Assembly (NCBI GenBank): GCA_016781105.1
Contig: JADDRA010000038.1
Span: forward strand, 1-55,708
DNA from: Actinomycetota bacterium
Lineage (GTDB): Bacteria > Actinomycetota > Acidimicrobiia > Acidimicrobiales > CADCSY01
Length of the DNA stretch: 55,708 bases
Direction: 5' to 3'
Within the stretch, counting starts at the first letter, position 1; every line of letters starts with the position of its first letter. The position numbers were made by a program, and so were the translations under genes. The notes below the pieces were generated by a model. The model saw nothing but the letters and a program-made list of their open reading frames with translations, ran no database searches and was not told the origin of the DNA. Shown piece by piece: positions 46,092 to 54,530 of the stretch.

Positions 46092-47114
46092 ATGGTGGGC
46101 GCTCGGCCCGGTTCTGCCGGCGAGGTGCCGGTGCGTCCGGCTGCGCCGGCCGCAGCGGCGGGTACCGACGGCCGGCGCCCTCGGGTCCCTGGTCCGGTGG
46201 TCCCGAGCCTGGTGGTCCTGGCCCTGCTGGTCCTGGCGTCCTGCAGCCCCGGTGGCCGGGCCGGCACGGGCCGCGCCGTGACGGGTGCCGACACCGTGGT
46301 GGTGGCGTCGTTCAACTTCCCCGAGAGCGTCCTGCTGGCCGAGATCTACGGCCAGGCCCTGGAGGGCGCGGGTGTGCCCGTGAGCCGGCGCCACGAGGTC
46401 GGTCCCCGCGAGCTGATGGAGCCTGCCCTGGAGCAGGGGCTGGTCGACGTGGTGCCCGAGTACCTGGGTTCAGCCCTGGCCTACCTCGATCCCGGCGCGC
46501 TGGCGGCGACGCTCGACGCCGGGGGGATCCGGGACCGGCTGGGCGAGATCTTGGCCGGTCGAGGGGTGGAGGTGCTGCGGCACGCCCCGGCCGAGAACCA
46601 GAACGGCATCGTCGTCACCCCCGAGACCGCGGCCCGCCTGGACCTCGACGCCGTGAGCGACCTCGGGCCCCACGCCGCCGGGCTCGACTTCGGGGGCCCC
46701 CGCGAGTGCCGGGAGCGGCCCTTCTGCCTGGTGGGCCTCCAGGAGCGCTACGGCCTGGCGTTCGCCCGCTTTGTCCCCCTCGACAGCGCCGGAGCCCAGA
46801 CCCGGGCCGCCCTGGCCAGCGGGGAGGTCGACGTGGGGCTGCTCTTCACCACCGACGGGCACCTGGCCCGGGGTGACTTCGTGCTGCTGGCCGACGACCG
46901 GGGACTGCAGCCGGACGAGAACGTTGTGCCCCTCGTGCGCCGGGAGGCAGCCGAGCGTTGGGGGGACGTGCTCGTGCAGCGCCTCGACGCGGTGTCGGCG
47001 GCCCTGACCACCGAGGTGCTGGCCGGGCTCAACGCCGAGGTGGGCATCGAGCGGGAGTCGCCGGCGGACGTGGCCGCCGACTGGCTCGACGACGAGGGCC
47101 TGGGGAGCGGCTGA
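46092..47114 (+). CDS. OpuAC-family (glycine betaine/choline type) ABC substrate-binding lipoprotein, no cognate permease/ATPase nearby
   Basis: The lipobox is LLVLASCSPG. The sequence shows VVVASFNFPESVLLAEIYGQALEGAGVPV, VDVVPEYLGSAL, LFTTDGHL and DDRGLQPDENVVPLVR. Confidence 0.78.
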   Translation: MVGARPGSAGEVPVRPAAPAAAAGTDGRRPRVPGPVVPSLVVLALLVLASCSPGGRAGTGRAVTGADTVVVASFNFPESVLLAEIYGQALEGAGVPVSRRHEVGPRELMEPALEQGLVDVVPEYLGSALAYLDPGALAATLDAGGIRDRLGEILAGRGVEVLRHAPAENQNGIVVTPETAARLDLDAVSDLGPHAAGLDFGGPRECRERPFCLVGLQERYGLAFARFVPLDSAGAQTRAALASGEVDVGLLFTTDGHLARGDFVLLADDRGLQPDENVVPLVRREAAERWGDVLVQRLDAVSAALTTEVLAGLNAEVGIERESPADVAADWLDDEGLGSG

Positions 47115-47190
47115 GCTGGCCCGCTGCCGTCCCGCTGGCGGTCCTCCCGCCGAACGCCGGCGGAGCGAGGATCGTCATAGCCTGGCCGCC

Positions 47191-48414
47191 ATGGTCTTTC
47201 CTCGTCGCCGGTTGCTGCCGGCCGTGGTGGTGGCGGCCGCGCTGGTGGGAGCCGGGTGCGGCCCGGCGCCGGGCGAGACGATCACCCGGGTGGCGGGTCC
47301 CAATCGGTCACCGTCGACGACGGTTCCCGAGGACGGGGCCGGCCAGACCCGGCCGCCCGAGGCGACCGGGACCACCTCGGCCCCGACCTCCGTCCCCACG
47401 TCGGTCCCGGCTACGACGCCGCCGTCTGCTCCCGACCCGGGCAGCGGAGGCGGCGGTACGCCGCTGGCGGGATCGGGCGGGACACCCCCGCCTCCCCCGG
47501 GCGATCCGGGTCCCGGGACCCTGCGGGTCACCGAGGTGGCACGGGGCCTCGACACCGTGTGGGCCATGGCGTTCGACCCCGAGGGCCGGCTCTGGTTCAC
47601 CGAGCGGGGCGGCCGCCTGACCCGCCTGGGCGAGGCCGCCCGGCCGGTCGAGGGCGTGGTCGAGTCGGGCGAGGGCGGGCTCATGGGCCTAGAGATCGAC
47701 CGCCAGGGCCGGATCTTCCTGATGTACACCAGCGCCACCGACAACCGGGTGGTGCGCCTGGAGCCCGACGGCACCCAGACCGTCCTGGTCGAGGGGATCG
47801 CCAAGGCGGGGATCCACAACGGCGGGCGGCTGCGCCTGGGTCCTGACGGCGCCCTCTACGCGGCCACGGGCGACGCCGGGATGCCCCAGCTCGCCCCCGA
47901 CCCGGCCAGCCGCAACGGCAAGGTCCTCCGCCTCGATCCCGGGGGCGGCCCCGCCCAGGTCTTCAGCAGGGGGCACCGCAACGTCCAGGGGTTGTGCACC
48001 GGCTCGGGCGGGCGCCTGCTGGCGACCGAGCACGGACCCGACCGGGGTGACGAGGTCAACATCCTCAGCGCCGGCTTCGACGGTGGGTGGCCGGCCTCGG
48101 TGGGAACGGGCGTCCGGAACTACACGCCGACCATCGCCCCGGCCGGTTGCGCCGTCTACACCGGCGGGCTCATCCCCGGTTGGCAGGGCTCGCTGCTGTT
48201 CGTGACCCTGAAGGGCCAGGATCTGCGGCGCCTGACCCTGGGAGCGGACGGGTCGGTGACCGGTGAGGAGATCCTCTTCGACGGCGAGCTCGGTCGCCTG
48301 CGGGACGTGGCGGTGGCGCCCGACGGCAGCGTCTACCTGGCCACCTCCAACCGGGACGGGCGGGGCTCGCCGGCGGCGGCCGACGACCGCATCCTGCGGG
48401 TGGCGCCGGGGTAG
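47191..48414 (+). CDS. PQQ-dependent sugar dehydrogenase (soluble aldose/sorbosone dehydrogenase-like) lipoprotein
   Basis: The lipobox is AALVGAGCG, followed by a Pro/Thr linker. The beta-propeller pattern is VWAMAFDPEGRLWFTERGGRL, GEGGLMGLEI, HNGGRLRLGPDGALYAATGD, NGKVLRL, RGHRNVQGL and EHGPDRGDEVN. Confidence 0.85.
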   Translation: MVFPRRRLLPAVVVAAALVGAGCGPAPGETITRVAGPNRSPSTTVPEDGAGQTRPPEATGTTSAPTSVPTSVPATTPPSAPDPGSGGGGTPLAGSGGTPPPPPGDPGPGTLRVTEVARGLDTVWAMAFDPEGRLWFTERGGRLTRLGEAARPVEGVVESGEGGLMGLEIDRQGRIFLMYTSATDNRVVRLEPDGTQTVLVEGIAKAGIHNGGRLRLGPDGALYAATGDAGMPQLAPDPASRNGKVLRLDPGGGPAQVFSRGHRNVQGLCTGSGGRLLATEHGPDRGDEVNILSAGFDGGWPASVGTGVRNYTPTIAPAGCAVYTGGLIPGWQGSLLFVTLKGQDLRRLTLGADGSVTGEEILFDGELGRLRDVAVAPDGSVYLATSNRDGRGSPAAADDRILRVAPG

Positions 48415-48423
48415 GGCGGCGCC

Positions 48424-49383
48424 GTGCGCTACCGCAGGCTGGGTCGGGCCGGGATGAAGGTCTCGACCGTGAGCCTGGGCTCGTGGCTCACGTACGGCGG
48501 CTCAGTGGCCGAGGAGACCGCCACCGCCTGCATCCATCGAGCCTTCGAGCTCGGCGTCAACTTCTTCGACACCGCCAACGTCTACGCCGGGGGCCGGGCC
48601 GAGGAGGTCGTGGGCGCGGCACTGTCGCACCTCCGGCGAGATGACTACGTGGTGGCCACCAAGGTCTACTTCCCGGTGGGTGACGGTCCCAACGACTCGG
48701 GGTTGTCACGCAAGCACGTCTGGGAACAGGTGCACCGCTCGCTGCGCCGTCTCGGCGTCGACCACATCGACCTCTACCAGTGCCACCGCTACGACCCCCG
48801 CACACCCCTGGAGGAGACGTGCCGGGTCATGGACGACCTCGTCCGGGCCGGCAAGATCCTCTACTGGGGCACCTCGGAGTGGTCGGCTGACCAGCTCCGC
48901 ACCGCGACCGAGCTGTGCCGCAGCCAGGGGTGGTCGCCGCCGGCCAGCAACCAGCCCGAGTACAGCGCCTTGCAGCGCCGGATCGAGGCCGACGTGCTGC
49001 CCGTCTCCGAGGAGCTGGGCATCGGCAACGTGGTGTGGTCGCCGCTCGCCCAGGGCGTGCTCACCGGCAAGTACCGCACGCCCGACGACCTGCCTGCCGG
49101 CAGCCGGGCCGCCGGTCAGGGGCGGCGGTTCATGGAGTCGTGGCTGACGAGCGAGACGCTGGACGCGGTGGCCGCGGTGGCCAAGGTGGCCGACCAGCTG
49201 GGGTGCTCGCCGGCCCAGCTGGCCCTGGCCTGGTGCCTGCGCCAGCCGGCGGTGTCGAGCGTGATCGTGGGTGCCACCCGGACCGAGCAGGTCGACGCCA
49301 ACGTGGCCGCGGCCGACCTCGACGTCGACCCCGAGGTGCTCGAGACCGTGACCGAGCTGCTCGACCCGGTCGCAGCCCGCTGA
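48424..49383 (+). CDS. Aldo/keto reductase (Kv-beta-like subfamily)
   Basis: The sequence shows MRYRRLGRAGMKVSTVSLGSWLTYG, FFDTANVYAGGRAEEVVG, DHIDLYQCHRYD and ILYWGTSEW. Confidence 0.9.
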   Translation: MRYRRLGRAGMKVSTVSLGSWLTYGGSVAEETATACIHRAFELGVNFFDTANVYAGGRAEEVVGAALSHLRRDDYVVATKVYFPVGDGPNDSGLSRKHVWEQVHRSLRRLGVDHIDLYQCHRYDPRTPLEETCRVMDDLVRAGKILYWGTSEWSADQLRTATELCRSQGWSPPASNQPEYSALQRRIEADVLPVSEELGIGNVVWSPLAQGVLTGKYRTPDDLPAGSRAAGQGRRFMESWLTSETLDAVAAVAKVADQLGCSPAQLALAWCLRQPAVSSVIVGATRTEQVDANVAAADLDVDPEVLETVTELLDPVAAR

Positions 49384-49459
49384 GCCGCCCGCCGAGCCGC
49401 CTGGACCGGTCTCTGGTCACCCGAGGCGTGCCCGTGCGCGCACAGACGGGGTTCTCACG

Positions 49460-50296
49460 GTGGCCGTCGTCCTGATCACCGGCTGCGGATCGGGCTTCGG
49501 CCTGCTCAGCGCGCTGCGCTTCGCCCGGGCCGGGGAGGTGGTCGTGGCCGGGGTGCGCGACGCTCGGCGGGCGGAGGCGCTGCGGGACGCCCAGGCTGCG
49601 GAGGGCCTGGCCGTCGAGGTGATCGAGCTCGACGTCGGTGAGCCCGCGTCGGTGGAGGCGGGCGTGGCTCGGGTGCTCGCCGAGCACGGACGCATCGACG
49701 TGCTGGTCAACAACGCGGGCCGGGGGATGTCGGGGCCGGTGGAGGAGACCACCGACGCCGACGCCAGGTCGTTGTTCGACACCAACCTGCTCGGGCCCCT
49801 GCGGATGGTGCGGGCGGTGCTGCCGTCGATGCGCGCCCGCCGCTCGGGGGTGGTCGTGCAGGTGTCGTCCATCGCCGGGCGGGTCAGTGCCCCCTTCGCC
49901 GGCATCTACTCGGCCACCAAGTTCGCCCTGGAGGCCATGAGCGAGTCGCTCCACTACGAGGTGCGGCCCTTCGGGGTCCGGGTGGTGATCGTCGAGCCCG
50001 GTTCCTTTCCCACGGGCTTCGACGAGCGCCGCCGGCACGTGGGTCCCGGTGACGGGTCGCCCTACGGCGTCCTGCACCGGCGCTGGGAGGAGGCGTCGGC
50101 CCGCCTGCCCGGTCGGGAGCAGACCGCCGACCCCGACGCGGTCGCCGCCGCCATCCACCGAGCCGCGACCCGGCCCGATCATCCCCTGCGCTGCCTGGTG
50201 GGCGCCGACGCCGAGTTGATCGACGGGTTGCGCCGGAGCCTGGACGACGCGGCCTTCGAGCACACCGTGCGCCAGGCGCTGGACTTCTGGGAGTGA
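49460..50296 (+). CDS. SDR family oxidoreductase
   Basis: The sequence shows VVLITGCGSGFG, VLVNNAG and the catalytic YSATKFALEAMSESL. Confidence 0.9.
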   Translation: MAVVLITGCGSGFGLLSALRFARAGEVVVAGVRDARRAEALRDAQAAEGLAVEVIELDVGEPASVEAGVARVLAEHGRIDVLVNNAGRGMSGPVEETTDADARSLFDTNLLGPLRMVRAVLPSMRARRSGVVVQVSSIAGRVSAPFAGIYSATKFALEAMSESLHYEVRPFGVRVVIVEPGSFPTGFDERRRHVGPGDGSPYGVLHRRWEEASARLPGREQTADPDAVAAAIHRAATRPDHPLRCLVGADAELIDGLRRSLDDAAFEHTVRQALDFWE

Positions 50297-50469
50297 GGCG
50301 CCTGCCGCCGCGGTGCCGCCGTGTCCGGCCCCAGGGTCGCTACGATGGCCGCAACCACTGCGAGCCGGCGACGTGCCGGGCCTCGCGGGTCACCTCATTG
50401 CTCCCTCGTCTTTGCCGGTGGTGGAGTCGCCGAGGCCGACCCAACAACGACGACAGGAGCATCCCGACC

Positions 50470-51639
50470 ATGACCTCGACCTTCGACGCGCTCGGCGTCT
50501 CCGCCGACCTCGTCGCCGCGCTCGCCGAGCGCGGCATCACGGCCCCCTTCGCCGTCCAGAGCCTCACCCTCCCCGACCTGCTCGCCGGGCGCGACGTCTG
50601 TGGCAAGGCCAAGACGGGGTCGGGCAAGACCCTCGCCTTCGGCCTGGCCGTCGTCGAGCGCGTGGTCCCCGGCGCCGACCGCCGCCCTGGCGCCCTGGTG
50701 CTGGTGCCCACTCGGGAGCTGGCCACCCAGGTGGCCGAGGAGCTGGCGCCGCTGGCCCAGGTGCGGGGCCGCAGCGTCCGGGCCGTCTACGGCGGCACCG
50801 ACCTCGAGTGCCAGACCAAGGCCCTTCACCGCGGCGTCGACATCGTCGTCGCCACTCCCGGGCGCCTCATCGACCTCATCGACCGGCGGGCGCTCTCCTT
50901 GGCCGACGTGGGCCTGGTCGTGCTCGACGAGGCCGACCGGATGGCCGACATGGGCTTCCTACCCCAGGTCGAGTGGGTGCTGCGCCACGTGGGGAAGCCG
51001 CACCAGACCATGCTGTTCTCGGCCACCCTCGACGGCGACGTCGATCACGTGGTGCGGGTGCACATGCACGACCCGGTGTTCCACGAGGTCGTGTCCGACC
51101 GGGTCGACGTCGACGACATGGAGCACCGCTTCCTGTTCGTCCACCAGATGGACAAGGTGCGCGTCGCCGCCACCGTGGCCCGGGGCGCCGAGCGGTGCCT
51201 GATCTTCGTCCGCACCAAGCGGGGCGCCGACCGCCTGGCCGGCCAGCTCGGGCGCGAGGGCGTGAAGGCCATGCCCATCCACGGCGACCTGCGCCAGTCG
51301 GCCCGGGAACGGGCGCTGGGGGACTTCGCCGACGGGCGGCTCCACGTGCTGGTCGCCACCGACGTGGCCGCCCGGGGGATCCACGTCGACGAGATCGACG
51401 TGGTCGTGCACTACGACCCGCCGGCCGACCACAAGTCCTACGTCCACCGCTCGGGCCGCACCGCCCGGGCCGGGACCAGCGGGGTGGTGGCCACCCTGGT
51501 GCTCTGGGACCAGGAGCACGACGTGCGGCTGCTGCAGAAGCGCCTCGGCCTCGACCTGCCCCTGGTCGAGGTGTTCTCCAACGACCCCCGCCTGGGCGCC
51601 CTGGCCCAGTGGAAGGACCCCGACCCCGCCACGGTCTAG
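50470..51639 (+). CDS. DEAD-box ATP-dependent RNA helicase
   Basis: The Q-motif region is FDALGVSADLVAALAERGITAPFAVQ. Motif I is AKTGSGKT, motif II is VLDEADRM, motif III is FSATL and motif VI is HRSGRTARAG. Confidence 0.9.
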   Translation: MTSTFDALGVSADLVAALAERGITAPFAVQSLTLPDLLAGRDVCGKAKTGSGKTLAFGLAVVERVVPGADRRPGALVLVPTRELATQVAEELAPLAQVRGRSVRAVYGGTDLECQTKALHRGVDIVVATPGRLIDLIDRRALSLADVGLVVLDEADRMADMGFLPQVEWVLRHVGKPHQTMLFSATLDGDVDHVVRVHMHDPVFHEVVSDRVDVDDMEHRFLFVHQMDKVRVAATVARGAERCLIFVRTKRGADRLAGQLGREGVKAMPIHGDLRQSARERALGDFADGRLHVLVATDVAARGIHVDEIDVVVHYDPPADHKSYVHRSGRTARAGTSGVVATLVLWDQEHDVRLLQKRLGLDLPLVEVFSNDPRLGALAQWKDPDPATV

Positions 51640-51658
51640 CAGCGACCCGTCCCCCGTC

Positions 51659-53257
51659 GTGAGGTCCACGGCTCCGGCGGGCGGGAGCCGAGCGGCCGCC
51701 CGGTCGGCCCACGACGTCCTCGTCGCCAGGGGCGTCCACCCCGACCGGGCCCGGGCCCGGGTGACGGCCGGCGTGGCCCTGGCCGTGGCTCGCGCCCTGC
51801 GTGTCGATCTCCCTCCCCTCGGCCTCCTCGGTGGCTGGGGACCCCCGGTGGACGCTGAGGTGGCCCCCGCGGAGGCGTCACCCGGCCTGGTGGGCGAGGT
51901 CCACGAGATGCTGGTCGGGCCCGGCTCTCGCCGGGCGGGCGGCGTGGTCTACACGCCGGCACCGGTGGCCGAGGCCGTGGTTGCCTGGGCCCTGGAGGGC
52001 CGGTCGGCTCGCCACGCGGTCGTGGGCGATCCCGCCGTCGGCGGCGGCGCCTTCCTGGTGGCCGCGGCCGAGGTGCTGGCGCGCCGCGGGCGCCCGCGCG
52101 GCGCGGTCGTGGCCGAGGCACTGGTCGGGGTCGACATCGACCCTCTGGCCGTGGCCGTCACCGAGGCCGTCCTCGCCCTGTGGTGCCGGGGCGCGGCCGT
52201 CCCCCGGGTGGTCGTGGCCGATGCCCTCGCCCTCGACCCCGCCGGGTGGCCCGAGCGGCCTGAGGTCGTGGTGGGCAACCCCCCGTTCCTCAACCAGCTG
52301 GGCCGGGTCACCGCCCGCAGCCGGGCGACCAACACCGCGCTGCGCGGGCGCTTCGGCGCAGCCGGGGCCGGCTACGTCGACACGGCCGCGCTCTTCCTGG
52401 TCGCCGGCGCCCGGCTGGTCCGGCCCGGGGGCACGCTGGCCCTGGTCCTGCCCGAGTCGTTCCTCGCCACCCGGGACGCACGCCCGGCTCGCGCCGAGGT
52501 CCTGGCCGGGGCCATCCTGGAGTCGCTGTGGGTCCCCGACGTCCCGGTCTTCCCCGGGGCCGCAGTCCGGGTCTGTGTCCCCGTCCTGCGCCGGGACGGG
52601 CCCCGGCAGCGCCCGGTGCGCCTGTGGCGCGGCCAGCCCCCTCGCCTGGTGGCCGAGGTGCCCACAGACGCCGACGCCCTGGCCACCGCCCCGACATGGT
52701 CGCACCTGCTCGCCGAGGGGGCCGGGGTCCCCGACGTCGAGCTCGACGGCGGCACCAGGCTGGGGGAGTGGTGCGAGGTCAGCGCCGACTTCCGCCAGCA
52801 CTTCTACGGGCTGGCCCCGTTCGTGGTCGACGATCCCGGGGGTGTCCACGAGGGTGACCGCGGCTTCCCCCTGCTGGTGACCTCGGGCCTGATCGACCCC
52901 GCCCGCTGCCTCTGGGGAACCCGCACCACTCGCCACCACCGGCGGGCGTGGTCGGCGCCCCGGGTCGACCTGAACGGCCTCGAAGCCGGCAGCGACCTCG
53001 GCCGGTGGGCCCAGGCCCGCCTGGTGCCCAAGGTGGTGGTGGCCACCCAGACCCGGGTGCTGGAGGCGGCCGTCGACGCCGAGGGTCGGTGGCTGCCGTC
53101 GACGCCGGTGGTCAGTGTGGTCACCCATCCCGATCGGCTCTGGCACGCCGCCGCCGCCCTGCTGGCCCCACCGGTGACGGCCTGGGCGCTGCGGCGCTGG
53201 GGAGGAGCGGCCCTGTCGTCCGGCGCGCTCAAGCTGGGCGCGGCCCAGGTGCGCTAG
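51659..53257 (+). CDS. N6-adenine DNA methyltransferase (Eco57I/TaqI-like gamma-class), ends at an in-frame TAG with 63 further in-frame codons to 53449
   Basis: The AdoMet region is VVGDPAVGGGAFLV. Catalytic motif IV is VVVGNPPFLNQ, followed by a TaqI-C-like specificity region. No endonuclease gene lies nearby. Confidence 0.72.
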   Translation: MRSTAPAGGSRAAARSAHDVLVARGVHPDRARARVTAGVALAVARALRVDLPPLGLLGGWGPPVDAEVAPAEASPGLVGEVHEMLVGPGSRRAGGVVYTPAPVAEAVVAWALEGRSARHAVVGDPAVGGGAFLVAAAEVLARRGRPRGAVVAEALVGVDIDPLAVAVTEAVLALWCRGAAVPRVVVADALALDPAGWPERPEVVVGNPPFLNQLGRVTARSRATNTALRGRFGAAGAGYVDTAALFLVAGARLVRPGGTLALVLPESFLATRDARPARAEVLAGAILESLWVPDVPVFPGAAVRVCVPVLRRDGPRQRPVRLWRGQPPRLVAEVPTDADALATAPTWSHLLAEGAGVPDVELDGGTRLGEWCEVSADFRQHFYGLAPFVVDDPGGVHEGDRGFPLLVTSGLIDPARCLWGTRTTRHHRRAWSAPRVDLNGLEAGSDLGRWAQARLVPKVVVATQTRVLEAAVDAEGRWLPSTPVVSVVTHPDRLWHAAAALLAPPVTAWALRRWGGAALSSGALKLGAAQVR

Positions 53258-53458
53258 GTCCCCTCGCCACGGGCCGGGCCCGACTGGAACGAGGCGGCCA
53301 CGGCGGTGCGCCGGGCCGGCGAGGCGCCCGGCGAGGACGAGCGCCGCCGGTGGCTGCTGGAGGCGGCCCGGGCTTCGAGCGCGGCCTACGGACTGGACGA
53401 TCCTGGGGTGGTCGAGTGGTGGGCGGCGCGGCTGCCGAACCGGGGCTGATCTGCGATC

Positions 53459-53497
53459 GTGGACGATCGAGGCGGCTCAGCCACCCTGATCGTCCAC
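53459..53497. terminator. 10-bp inverted repeat (GTGGACGATC / GATCGTCCAC), 19-nt loop, between convergent genes
   Basis: The repeat was base-paired by hand. It lies 10 nt after the extended methyltransferase frame ends (53449) and 20 nt after the LLM oxidoreductase stop (53517). Confidence 0.4.
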
Positions 53498-53516
53498 CAA
53501 TGGCGGCGGCCCAGGG

Positions 53517-54446
53517 TCAGGTGCCGGCCAGCCGCTCGACCACGGGGGCGAAGTCGGCGAGGGCGGGCTCGGCCACGGTGACGTAGGAGATCCCGAAGCG
53601 CTCCCGATGGGCCAGGAGGTCCTCGGCCACCTGCCCGGGGGCGCCGAGGACGACGTGGGGGCTGGCGCCCAACGCCTGGGGTGCCACCCCCCAGCGTCCG
53701 GCCAGCTCCTCGAGCCGGCGAGCGCGGTCCACGCCCTCGCCCACGTCGACCACCACGGTGAGGACGTTGAGCTCCGGGGTCCGGTCCCCTGCCCCGGCCC
53801 GCACGGCGGCCAGCTTGGCCTCGGTCGCCTCCGGTGAGATATCGGCCGGGTCGAGGGTTCCGGCCCGGGCCCGCAGGGCGAGGCCGACGATGTCGGCGTG
53901 GCGCCCGGCCAGGGCCAGCAGCCGGGGGCCGCCGCCCCCGATGAGCAGGGGCGGGCCGCCGGGCTGGATCGGTCGGGGCCGGCCGGCAAGGTCGCGCACC
54001 CGGTAGTGGTCGCCCTCGAAGTGGAAGGGCTCACCCGACCACAGGCCCCGCAGCACGGCCACCGCTTCGCCCAGGCGGCCGAGACGGACAGGCCCGGGGG
54101 CGAAGACGAGACCTGCGTCGTCGTACTCCTCCCGGCGCCAGCCCGCGCCCAGCCCCAGCTCGAGGCGACCGCCCGACAGCACGTCGAGCGTGGCCGCCTC
54201 CTTGGCCAGCAGCACGGGGTGGCGGAAGTCGTTGTCGAGCACGAAGGTGCCCACCCGCAGGTTGGTGGTGGCGGCGGCGGCGACGGCCAGCGCCGGGAGG
54301 GGGGCGAGCTGGTCGCCCAGGTGGTCGGGCACCAGCATGGTCGAGTAGCCGAGGTCCTCGATGCGCCGGGCCGTGTCGGCCCAGTCGTGGCCGTGGTCGA
54401 AGCCGGCGAGGGACAGGCCGAAGCGAAAGGGCGGCGGGTCCCCCAC
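53517..54446 (-). CDS. LLM-class F420-dependent (luciferase-like) oxidoreductase
   Basis: The sequence shows FRFGLSL, STMLVPDHLGDQLAP, LRVGTFVLDNDFRHPVLLAKEAATLDVLSGGRLELGLGAGW and PLLIGGGGPRLL. Confidence 0.85.
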   Translation of the reverse strand: MGDPPPFRFGLSLAGFDHGHDWADTARRIEDLGYSTMLVPDHLGDQLAPLPALAVAAAATTNLRVGTFVLDNDFRHPVLLAKEAATLDVLSGGRLELGLGAGWRREEYDDAGLVFAPGPVRLGRLGEAVAVLRGLWSGEPFHFEGDHYRVRDLAGRPRPIQPGGPPLLIGGGGPRLLALAGRHADIVGLALRARAGTLDPADISPEATEAKLAAVRAGAGDRTPELNVLTVVVDVGEGVDRARRLEELAGRWGVAPQALGASPHVVLGAPGQVAEDLLAHRERFGISYVTVAEPALADFAPVVERLAGT

Positions 54447-54522
54447 GGCGCGACCCTACCGTCGCCGACCGTGGGGACCCGGGCCCGGTACTCGCTGGGG
54501 AGCGAGAGGGGGCCGAAGTACC
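54441..54522 (+). promoter_or_regulatory. Structured leader upstream of metX (two hand-folded hairpins); candidate riboswitch/attenuator, unverified
   Basis: Hairpin A is CCCCACGG...CCGTGGGG (8 bp) enclosing GCGAC/GTCGC. Hairpin B is GGTAC...GTACC enclosing CTCGCT-GGGG-AGCGAG, with the purine-rich GAGAGGGGG in its 3' internal loop. Confidence 0.3.
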
Positions 54523-54530
54523 ATCGGGTG

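Noticed and set aside
43794-46876. Two very long overlapping ORFs: 43794-46394 on the minus strand (866 aa) and 44291-46876 on the plus strand (861 aa).
   Set aside because: Most of each translation is Arg/Pro/Gly-rich low-complexity sequence, typical of off-frame or antisense reading of GC-rich genes. Only the last 181 codons or so of the minus-strand ORF (the lipoprotein at 43794-44336) look real. The PAP2-kinase frame (44333-46042) and the OpuAC-like frame (46092-47114) carry the recognisable motifs.
53898-54530. An N-terminal extension of 211 aa on the metX ORF.
   Set aside because: It is antisense to the well-supported LLM oxidoreductase gene. MetX similarity begins only at the ATG at 54531.
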